NCBI GenBank assembly: GCA_021648085.1
Contig: JAKITS010000001.1
Span: 388,948-452,947 of the forward strand
Reading direction: 5' to 3'
Source of the DNA: Candidatus Magasanikiibacteriota bacterium
GTDB lineage: Bacteria > Patescibacteriota > Patescibacteriia > Magasanikbacterales > UBA922
DNA: 64,000 bases
Positions 53,330 through 61,241 of the stretch are shown here, one piece after another. The stretch's first letter is position 1. Each line of letters begins with the position of its first letter. The position numbers and the translations under genes are program-made. The notes under the pieces were generated by a model that had not been told where the DNA came from, made no database searches, and saw only the letters and a program-made list of their open reading frames with translations.

Positions 53330-53890
53330 TCAACGCCTTTTTTTCTTTTTTTTAAATTTTGTTTCAGGATACCTAATAACAGTAGAAAAAGTATTGGATG
53401 TTTCGTCTATATCTTCTATCCTTGAAAACAGATCTAAGACAATATCTTCAGTTATGTCTTCTTTTAAACGAATAATTAATGCGTGATCAATACCAAGCTC
53501 ACGATAAATTTCTTCCATTTTTGCAATTTTTTTCTGTTTATTTTTTACAACAGTATGCTTACCTGTAGTAACATCAACTGAAAAACTTTTTCCTTTATAT
53601 TTAAAAAGTATATCTATTCCAAGCATACGATCTAGTAAAACATCCTTAGACAAATCCTCCAAACTAACCCCTTCTTCTTGCAATTTCTGTATTACAAGAT
53701 CGTAGCGTTGAGGTAGTTTTTTATTAACTTGATCCAAAATTTCCTGTTTACCCTCTTTTAAAGAGAGAATTTCCACCCCTAAATCTTTGGCAATCTCAAG
53801 AAGTTGTCGCATTCTTTTTTCCGCAAGCTCTGACACTTTACTAAGAAAGTTGGGGGTTATTTCTCTATAATTATGCGATTGCTCTCTCAT
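53330..53890 (-). CDS. Hypothetical protein, possible PD-(D/E)xK fold (cassette 4)
   Basis: LDRMLGIDILF....SVDVT pattern. Confidence 0.55.
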   Translation of the reverse strand: MREQSHNYREITPNFLSKVSELAEKRMRQLLEIAKDLGVEILSLKEGKQEILDQVNKKLPQRYDLVIQKLQEEGVSLEDLSKDVLLDRMLGIDILFKYKGKSFSVDVTTGKHTVVKNKQKKIAKMEEIYRELGIDHALIIRLKEDITEDIVLDLFSRIEDIDETSNTFSTVIRYPETKFKKKKKRR

Positions 53891-53915
53891 AAACAATTTT
53901 AAACTTATTTATATT

Positions 53916-53963
53916 TTATTTAATTCTACCATATTTCACCAAAGAATTTTTTACTATTTCCTT
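53916..53963 (-). repeat. Fragment copy of the rmlB-fusion 3' end
   Basis: ccatatttcaccaaagaat identical to 58830-58848; minus frame ends SLVKYGRIK*. Confidence 0.8.
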
Positions 53964-53975
53964 AATTTTAACAAA

Positions 53976-54293
53976 TCACATAAAAATTATATAATTTTTA
54001 ACTGGTTTTTGAACAATTTTAATATTTATATTATTTTCTTTACAATATAAAGATAAAAACCATTTTAATAAAGGTTTATCTCTTCTACTAGAATTACAAC
54101 TTCCACAACATATTGCAACAGTTTTTGAATCATTCCAAGGAGGAAGATGGTTTAAATGTTTTATTGTTGCCCAATCACCACGAAAAATACCATGAACAGG
54201 TAATTCCATTTTTTTATAACAATATACACAAGTTTTATCTCTTACTCTAATTTTATCTAATTCATCTTCTAAAATATTATATTTATTTGGCAC
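53976..54293 (-). CDS. HNH-like zinc-finger endonuclease (cassette 3)
   Basis: RDKTCVYC...ATIKHL...CCGSCNSSR; probable GTG start. Confidence 0.65.
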   Translation of the reverse strand: MPNKYNILEDELDKIRVRDKTCVYCYKKMELPVHGIFRGDWATIKHLNHLPPWNDSKTVAICCGSCNSSRRDKPLLKWFLSLYCKENNINIKIVQKPVKNYIIFM

Positions 54294-54304
54294 AATATAA
54301 AAAA

Positions 54305-55025
54305 TTAAACAGAAACATATTTTATAGGATATTGCATTCCCTGTCCCCAATATTTAGCAACAGATTTATTAATATATTTATTTCTTATCTTTTTTTGAAC
54401 TACTTTACCATTAAACATATATTTATGTTTAACTTCTATAGATGGCACCCATTTATCGACCAAAAAAACTTCTCTAATAATACTTTTATATATAGAACAA
54501 ACAATTTTAATTTTTGAAGCTCTTTTAATATCAATTCTCCAAGATTTTCTTGTGGCATCATAAATCTCTTTTTCACTCATATTTCTTTGATAAAGATTAT
54601 TTATATTAATTAAAATTGCAGATTCCTCAAATATTGCATTTTCTGCCTCATATTTTATTTTAATATCTTCTAATTTCATTAATCCTCTATCTTCAGAATT
54701 ATGACCTTTAACAATATTAGTTAAATTTTTTATTCCCAAAAAATTAATCATAGCACTCTCAACTTCAAGAGCTTCTGTTTCTGTAAGACCCTGCCTTAAA
54801 ACAATTTGTTTTATTTTTTTTATTATTATTTTGAATTTCTTTTATCTTTTCTATTTTTTCACTTTCATTTTTTTTATCATCCAAAGCACCCAAAAAATGA
54901 TGGTTTATTCTATTTCCTTTCCCTTTTCCAACATAAAATACTTTATTGTTTTTTGGATCAATTAAAAAATATACATAATATTTTAATTTTTCAGTTGTTA
55001 ATTGAGAAAGTTTATATTTATTCAT
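54305..55025 (-). pseudogene. LEM-3-like GIY-YIG nuclease, frameshifted at an 8-nt homopolymer (cassette 3)
   Basis: YYVYFLIDP...[10 protein letters not shown]; removing one base at 54814-54821 gives [15 protein letters not shown]...LTN.VKGH. Confidence 0.8.
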
Positions 55026-55094
55026 AAAATTTTTATCTTCTATTAAATTCTAATAATTCCCATTTTGCAATTGGCTGTTCACCTTTTATATTTT

Positions 55095-55754
55095 CTATTT
55101 TTTATCTTTTTCAAAACCAATTTGCCAAAAATACATATCAATTAATTTCATTATAGGATAATTAATTTTTCCTATATTTTTTATACTTTTTTGTGCTTTA
55201 TCAAATTCAACTTTATTTTCTTTATAAAATTTAATAATTTCATTTATACTTTTTTTAGTGAAACTTAGAGGTTTTATTTCTTCCTCTTTCAGACCATCTT
55301 TAAAATATTTGTCATATGCTGGAACACACCCCAAAGTACCTAACAATATTTTTGTAATTAAAGTATCACTTGCTATATATTTATTATCTTTATTTTTAAC
55401 AACTATAATTTCTTTTTCATAACATTCTTTAATATCTTTTTTTAACTCAAAAAAACTATTAATATGTTCTTTTTTTTCATAATTAAATTTCTGTAAATAT
55501 TTATAATTTTTTAAAATTTTTTCAACTACAGGTTTATGTATTAAATAATCTTTCCATAAAAGTGGACTTGAACCTCTATACATACCCCAACTAGCTAAAT
55601 AAAAAGACAAATGTAAACACGCAATATCTACATCTATATCTTTTTCATTTTTTATAAAATATAAATAACAATGTTCCCATGATTTATATCTGTGATTATT
55701 ATCATTATTTATATTTTTATAAAAAGACGATATGGTTTGATTTATGCTAGTCAT
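55095..55754 (-). CDS. Conserved hypothetical protein (LASWGMYRGSS / TKILLG / PAYD motifs), cassette 3
   Basis: Intact 219-aa ORF starting 2 nt after the stop of the rmlB fragment. Confidence 0.75.
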   Translation of the reverse strand: MTSINQTISSFYKNINNDNNHRYKSWEHCYLYFIKNEKDIDVDIACLHLSFYLASWGMYRGSSPLLWKDYLIHKPVVEKILKNYKYLQKFNYEKKEHINSFFELKKDIKECYEKEIIVVKNKDNKYIASDTLITKILLGTLGCVPAYDKYFKDGLKEEEIKPLSFTKKSINEIIKFYKENKVEFDKAQKSIKNIGKINYPIMKLIDMYFWQIGFEKDKK

Positions 55755-55756
55755 AT

Positions 55757-55953
55757 TTAAATATTTTCAAAAGTTTCTTTAATTCTATCACATTTTACCA
55801 AAGAATCTCTCAACACCTCTTTTGTTAGTCTCATTTTAATGATTTGAAACAATTTGGTGAACCCAAAAAAATATACTTTTTTAAAGCCACCACAAAGTCA
55901 AAAATTGCGTATCCGCCGAGTCTAAATTGCCGAAGGAATTCTAAAATTTCCAT
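55757..55953 (-). repeat. Composite spacer: gene X 5' fragment fused to rmlB-fusion 3' fragment
   Basis: Encodes MEILEFLRQFRLGGYAIFDFVVAL then IKMRLTKEVLRDSLVKCDRIKETFENI*. Confidence 0.9.
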
Positions 55954-55974
55954 TTTATTTAATTTTTGAAATTC

Positions 55975-57102
55975 CTATTTTGCATAAAATATATTTTTAA
56001 ACTGTTCATAACTTCCAATTTTAGAGAAGTTTATTTCAAATTCAGAATTACTAATTTTATCAATTCTTACTGAATCAATACCTAATAATTGAAGTTTTTC
56101 ATATGTGGCTAATTCCCCTTCTTTTAGATTTAATCCATCTCTTAAAATTAGTTTTCCAAGTTTTCTATTAGATTTAGTCATTAATGCTTTTCCTCCTTGC
56201 TGACATATTTTAGACTCACTAATATCTCCATCTGGAAATTTTAAATTAAATGGAGTATCTTTATTAGGAAAAAATCCAGGAAAATTATTATGAATTTCTG
56301 CTGGAACTAATATATATACTTCATTTGGATGCCTTATTCTTCCTTTTGCATTCCATTGATTTATTCCACTTTTTTCTTGAACCTTCTTTTCTTTAGGACT
56401 ATATAATGGTAAATAAATAGTTTGTTTAATTCTTTTTTTTGTTTCTAATAATAAGCCCTTATGAGAAAAAAGTTTATTTAACTCAAATAATGGATCTTTC
56501 AATACATCAACATCAAATTCATAAATAATTGATTTTGTAACAAATCTTTTTGTTAAAGTGCTTTTTGATAATAAAAATGAATATTCACTTTTAGCATCAT
56601 CAAAAACAATTGAACCTTTATTTATTTTTATATTATGGATATTTTGGATATCAACCTTTTCCATTGGTTCTTCAAAAATTTTAAACTTTCCAGAATCTCT
56701 TAAAACACAATGATAAATAGATTTATTTAATCCATGAACATTCTCTGTAAATTCAATTCTCGCATTTCTTAATTTTGACACTTTTTCAATAAGTTTTTTT
56801 GCTTCAAGACCTTTATACAAAGGTCTATCTCTATTAAATTCTGCAATTTTTTGAAAAGTTTTATCATTTCCTTTTAAAAAAGTTTTTAATCCAATTCCTA
56901 ATAAGTCTTTTTTGGCATCAGATGATACATCACTTCTTGATAAATCTTCTGCATTAAAAGCACGACAAAAAACTTTTTCAGCAACACGATAATATAAATA
57001 TGGAACTTCAGAATCAGAAAACATATTTGATAAACAACCTGCTATTTTTAGAAAATCTTGATATTTTTGCTTTTGTTCTTTTGTTTGATTATTAAAAAAC
57101 AT
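55975..57102 (-). CDS. Type II restriction endonuclease, NgoFVII-like family (cassette 2)
   Basis: PYLYYR, SDAKK..GIGLKTF (PD-(D/E)xK-like), SGINQWNAKGR..EVYI; directly downstream of a C5 MTase. Confidence 0.75.
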   Translation of the reverse strand: MFFNNQTKEQKQKYQDFLKIAGCLSNMFSDSEVPYLYYRVAEKVFCRAFNAEDLSRSDVSSDAKKDLLGIGLKTFLKGNDKTFQKIAEFNRDRPLYKGLEAKKLIEKVSKLRNARIEFTENVHGLNKSIYHCVLRDSGKFKIFEEPMEKVDIQNIHNIKINKGSIVFDDAKSEYSFLLSKSTLTKRFVTKSIIYEFDVDVLKDPLFELNKLFSHKGLLLETKKRIKQTIYLPLYSPKEKKVQEKSGINQWNAKGRIRHPNEVYILVPAEIHNNFPGFFPNKDTPFNLKFPDGDISESKICQQGGKALMTKSNRKLGKLILRDGLNLKEGELATYEKLQLLGIDSVRIDKISNSEFEINFSKIGSYEQFKNIFYAK

Positions 57103-57104
57103 TT

Positions 57105-58061
57105 TTATTTTGTTAATGCTAAATTCATATTTTTTGCGATTCTCTCAATTACAGGAATAGAAACAGAATTACCAAACTGTTTATAAAGATGAGAATCTGC
57201 AATATTTGGAAGTTTATAATTTTTAGAAAATCCTTGAAAATTTGCACACTCTCTTGGAGTTAATTTTCTAATACCTTTCCCATTTAAAATTATAGGAACA
57301 TTGTGTCCTCCCATTCCCATATTTGCTGTTAGAGTAGGACAAACATTATTTTTATTTTCTCTTACATATTTTCTCCTCCATTGATAAATAGTATCTTTTT
57401 TTGTAATATCATCTTTTAATTTTTCATAAAGAGGTTTACCATTGTAATAATATTTATCTTCAACTTCTTTATTTTCTAAACAATCATTAATTGTTTTTGT
57501 AAGCGGTATTTTTTCTGGAAATTTAAAGTTGTCAAAAGCTTTTTGATCTAAAAAACCTACAATATAAATTCTTTCTCTATTTTGAGGCACATTACCATAT
57601 TTCATTGCATTCAAAACATTATTAGTCACTTTATATCCCAATTTTTCTAATTCTTTATAAATAACTTTAATAGTATTCCCTTTATCGTGTGTTTTTAAAT
57701 TTTTTACATTTTCTAATAAAAAAGCCTTTGGTTTTTTATCTTTTAAAATTCTAATAATATCAAAAAATAAATTACCTCTTCCACTTTCATCTTCAAAGCC
57801 TTGTCTATATCCAGCTATAGAAAAAGGTTGGCATGGAAATCCCCCACACAAAATATCAAATTCAGGAATTTTATTAGTTGAAATTTTTTGAATATCACCA
57901 AGCACCATTTGTTTATCTATTTCAATAGGTTTAGAAAAGTTTAAATCAAAAGTTATTTTTGCATTTTTATCAAAATCATTAGAAAAAACACATTGAAACC
58001 CAGCATTTTCAAATGCTATTTTAATTCCTCCAATTCCTGCAAATAAATCAATAAACTTCAT
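57105..58061 (-). CDS. DNA (cytosine-5) methyltransferase (cassette 2)
   Basis: FAGIGG, GFPCQPFS, ENV, PQNRER, YKQFGNSV. Confidence 0.97.
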   Translation of the reverse strand: MKFIDLFAGIGGIKIAFENAGFQCVFSNDFDKNAKITFDLNFSKPIEIDKQMVLGDIQKISTNKIPEFDILCGGFPCQPFSIAGYRQGFEDESGRGNLFFDIIRILKDKKPKAFLLENVKNLKTHDKGNTIKVIYKELEKLGYKVTNNVLNAMKYGNVPQNRERIYIVGFLDQKAFDNFKFPEKIPLTKTINDCLENKEVEDKYYYNGKPLYEKLKDDITKKDTIYQWRRKYVRENKNNVCPTLTANMGMGGHNVPIILNGKGIRKLTPRECANFQGFSKNYKLPNIADSHLYKQFGNSVSIPVIERIAKNMNLALTK

Positions 58062-58135
58062 AAATTTATTTTTATAATAAAACTAAAAAATATATATTAT
58101 TTAATTATTTTTATAAAAATTTAAACATTAAAAAA

Positions 58136-58262
58136 TTAACAAACTTTTCTTTCATTCTTTATTTTACCATATTTCACTAAAGAATCCCCCAAAAGCCACC
58201 ACAAAGCCAAATATAATATATTCGCAAAATCTAAATTGTCGAAGGAATTCTATAATTTCCAT
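58136..58262 (-). repeat. Composite spacer: gene X 5' fragment fused to rmlB-fusion 3' fragment
   Basis: MEIIEFLRQFRFCEYIIFGFVVAFGG joined at tccc to DSLVKYGKIKNERKVC*. Confidence 0.88.
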
Positions 58263-58263
58263 T

Positions 58264-58797
58264 TTATTTTTTAATTGATTTGAGATATTTATTATTTATT
58301 TTTTCTTTATCTTCTGTAGATAAGTTTTTTATATATTCTAAAAAAGAACCTCCAATATGAAGAATATCTTTTGCAACAATAAGTAATTCTCTATTTAAAA
58401 TAGATATACCATTAATAACAAACTGGCTACCTAAAATAAATCTATAATCAGTATCCTTTCTAATATGAATAAATTCTCCACTATGTGTAGTCAATATTTT
58501 AATAAACTCTAAGTTAGAATAACGTTTTTTATTTAATATAATATTTTTTTGATGTAAAAATTTTGTTAAAGATATTTTATTTTTAAAATAAGGTGATTCG
58601 TCAAAATTAAAAAGTTTTATTAATACAGGAAGAATATCTTCATGATCCTTTCCTTTACAAACTAAAGTTCGTAATTCATTAGCCATAGATATAAAAAAAG
58701 CAGAATGAGTGGAATAATTTTCAACTGAAGTTTTCAATAAAAATAAATGATTGTCAAGATCTTTTAATAATTTATTTAGTGATTTTTGAACTCTCAT
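58264..58797 (-). CDS. Hypothetical protein (cassette 1)
   Basis: Very AT-rich ORF between the intact rmlB stop and the first gene X fragment. Confidence 0.65.
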   Translation of the reverse strand: MRVQKSLNKLLKDLDNHLFLLKTSVENYSTHSAFFISMANELRTLVCKGKDHEDILPVLIKLFNFDESPYFKNKISLTKFLHQKNIILNKKRYSNLEFIKILTTHSGEFIHIRKDTDYRFILGSQFVINGISILNRELLIVAKDILHIGGSFLEYIKNLSTEDKEKINNKYLKSIKK

Positions 58798-58810
58798 GTT
58801 TAACAATTTT

Positions 58811-60658
58811 TTACTTATATTTAACCCTCCCATATTTCACCAAAGAATCCCTCAATGCTTCCTTCGCTGGGCGCATTCTAATTCCATATTTTTCCAAATT
58901 TTTGGATTGTAAGAAATTGTTGGATCTTCCTTTTTTGGCGAGGCCTTGTTCTACCAATTGGTCATTTGTTATCCATTCATTTGTGTGTGTTGGGTCTACC
59001 AGCTCCTCGTACATTGAGATAATTTCGCGGTGGCGAATTGTTCCGGGATTTGTGACGTGGAATATTCCTTCTGCTTTTTTGGTTAGAAGTTGATAAAACA
59101 CATCTATCATATCATCCACTATTGTCACGCTATTTTCCACATCTATCACTTTTTCAAAACTCGCCAATTTGTCTATTAGATTCCAGTGAGCCGGTTTTGA
59201 GCCAAGTGGCATTCTAATTCTAGCAATCCCAACATTTGGCAAGGTAGAAAGCACCAAGTCTGCAGCCCATTTTGCTCTAGAATAAGTTGGTTTTGGATTT
59301 CCAAAGTCATCTTCAGTCCAACCAGCTAAATCTGGGGATTCACCATAATATATGCAACCAGAACCAACATGAAGCATGTAAACTCCGCGTTCTTGACAAG
59401 CCTCTGCAATCATAATCGGCAATTTTACATTTCCAACTATCGTGGTTAGCTGATTGTCATCGCACCAATCTACATTTGGCTTTCCACGAACTCCGGCAGT
59501 ATTCAAAACTGCTGTTGGTTGATACTTGTCCAAAAGCTCCAAAACATCTTCTTTTGAATTTATTCTTTTGTTGCTCAAAACCGCATCGTCCCAACTTTGT
59601 GCACACTCAGTTCCCATTGCACCCGCACCAATTATTAGGATATTCTTTTTCTCACTACCAAAACTTTCCATTTTTTTGTAATTTCTATAGTTTCCATTTT
59701 TTATATTTTCTAACCAACCTCTATTTTCTTTGTACCAGTTTATAGTCTCGCGAATTCCCTCTTCAAAAGAAATCAACGGCTCCCAACCCAACTTTCTTAT
59801 TTTTGTTGTGTCCATTAGATATCTCTTATCATGCCCAAGTCTGTCTGCTACATAAGTTTTCAAACTTTGTGGTTTTCCCAAAGTTTCCAAAATCAAATCT
59901 GTAATATCCTCCACACTCTTCTCCACTCCAGTTCCTAAGTTATATGCCTCTCCTGCTTTTCCTTTTAGCAAAATACATTCAATTCCTCGGTTGTGGTCGT
60001 CTACATGAATCCACTCACGCCTGTTTTGACTACTCTTGAACAATGGCAAACTTTTGTCTTCCAAAGCATTCATTGTAAAAAGTGGAATCAACTTTTCTGG
60101 AAATTGATAATGTCCATAATTGTTGGAACAATGACTAATAGAAACCGGCAACCCAAAGGTATTTGCATAAGACATCACCACATGGTTTGTACAAGCCTTG
60201 GAAGCATTGTAAGGAGTCTTGGGTGCATATGCATCACCTTCTTTGAAAGATCTGTCCTCGTCCAATTCTAGGTCTCCAAAAACCTCGCAAGTAGAAACAT
60301 GGTGAAATCTTTTTACACCTTCATTTCTAGCAGATTCTAATAAAATTTGAGTTCCAATCACATTTGTTCTTAGGAAAATCCCAGGATCTTTTACTGCGTT
60401 ATCATTGTGCGATTCTGCTGCAAAATTTACCACATAATCCACACCTTTCATTGCTTCTTTCAATTTTTCTGCATCACCAATACAGCCTTGCACAAAAGTA
60501 TAATTTGGATTGTTTTCCACATCTTTTAAATTTTCCAAATTCCCCGCATAAGTTAGCAAATCATAGTTTACCACTTTGTCGTGCCGATATTTTTTTAGCC
60601 AGTAGCGAATAAAATTTGATCCTATAAAACCAGCCCCTCCGGTTACAAGTAATTTCAT
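58811..60658 (-). CDS. rmlB: dTDP-glucose 4,6-dehydratase fused to an NRS/ER-type 3,5-epimerase/4-reductase
   Basis: GGAGFIG, FAAESH, YNASK, QFPEKLIP; C-half AGVRGKPNVDWC, SGCIY, YSRAK, RIRMP, TNPG. Confidence 0.9.
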   Translation of the reverse strand: MKLLVTGGAGFIGSNFIRYWLKKYRHDKVVNYDLLTYAGNLENLKDVENNPNYTFVQGCIGDAEKLKEAMKGVDYVVNFAAESHNDNAVKDPGIFLRTNVIGTQILLESARNEGVKRFHHVSTCEVFGDLELDEDRSFKEGDAYAPKTPYNASKACTNHVVMSYANTFGLPVSISHCSNNYGHYQFPEKLIPLFTMNALEDKSLPLFKSSQNRREWIHVDDHNRGIECILLKGKAGEAYNLGTGVEKSVEDITDLILETLGKPQSLKTYVADRLGHDKRYLMDTTKIRKLGWEPLISFEEGIRETINWYKENRGWLENIKNGNYRNYKKMESFGSEKKNILIIGAGAMGTECAQSWDDAVLSNKRINSKEDVLELLDKYQPTAVLNTAGVRGKPNVDWCDDNQLTTIVGNVKLPIMIAEACQERGVYMLHVGSGCIYYGESPDLAGWTEDDFGNPKPTYSRAKWAADLVLSTLPNVGIARIRMPLGSKPAHWNLIDKLASFEKVIDVENSVTIVDDMIDVFYQLLTKKAEGIFHVTNPGTIRHREIISMYEELVDPTHTNEWITNDQLVEQGLAKKGRSNNFLQSKNLEKYGIRMRPAKEALRDSLVKYGRVKYK

Positions 60659-60689
60659 ACATTCTTATTATTAAATATTTTTCTGTTCC

Positions 60690-60747
60690 GTCCTAAGCTT
60701 CCCGAACATTCGAGATTTCCTGTCGACAAACAGGCAGGTTGGACTAA
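60690..60747. repeat. Family C repeat carrying a 20-bp insertion
   Basis: Matches 17209-17246 except cctgtcgacaaacaggcagg at 60719-60738. Confidence 0.65.
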
Positions 60748-60784
60748 TTTCTTTTTAATTATTTATACTTTAGTGATATTGTCT

Positions 60785-60814
60785 CGAGATCTTTCGACTT
60801 CGCTCAAGATGACA
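60785..60814. repeat. Single family A arm
   Basis: cgagatctttcgacttcgctcaagatgaca. Confidence 0.85.
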
Positions 60815-60821
60815 TAAATTA

Positions 60822-61223
60822 TTAAAACAATTTATGTACCTCTTCCACGCTTAATTCTCCTGGGTTGTTTACAATTGCGTGCATACTTTTGCCACCGTCG
60901 CCATTGTATCTAGGCATTATGTGCACATGCAGATGTTGCAAAACTTGCCCACCAGCTTCACCATGATTCCAACCAATATTAAATCCATCTGGATTCAATT
61001 TCTCTTTTATAATTTCTGTAACTTTTTTTACAGATGCAAATAGATTTTTCATACTTTCCTCATCCAATTCCAAAATTGTCACAGCGTGCTTTTTTGGAAT
61101 CACCATTATATGACCTTTGGAGTGGGGCTCAATATCCAAAAATGCTAAAGAATTTTCATCTTCATATATTTTGTAACTTGGAATTTCACCTTTTGAAATT
61201 TTGCAGAGTAGACATTCATTCAT
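60822..61223 (-). CDS. HIT family nucleotide hydrolase
   Basis: CLLC, FLDIEP, GH, AGGQ...HLHVHIMPR. Confidence 0.95.
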   Translation of the reverse strand: MNECLLCKISKGEIPSYKIYEDENSLAFLDIEPHSKGHIMVIPKKHAVTILELDEESMKNLFASVKKVTEIIKEKLNPDGFNIGWNHGEAGGQVLQHLHVHIMPRYNGDGGKSMHAIVNNPGELSVEEVHKLF

Positions 61224-61241
61224 ATAATTAATAGTTTTACA

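Noticed and set aside
53330-58833. Classical integron with attC sites
   Set aside because: Spacers are fragments of flanking coding genes, lack attC palindromic structure, and no tyrosine recombinase is present
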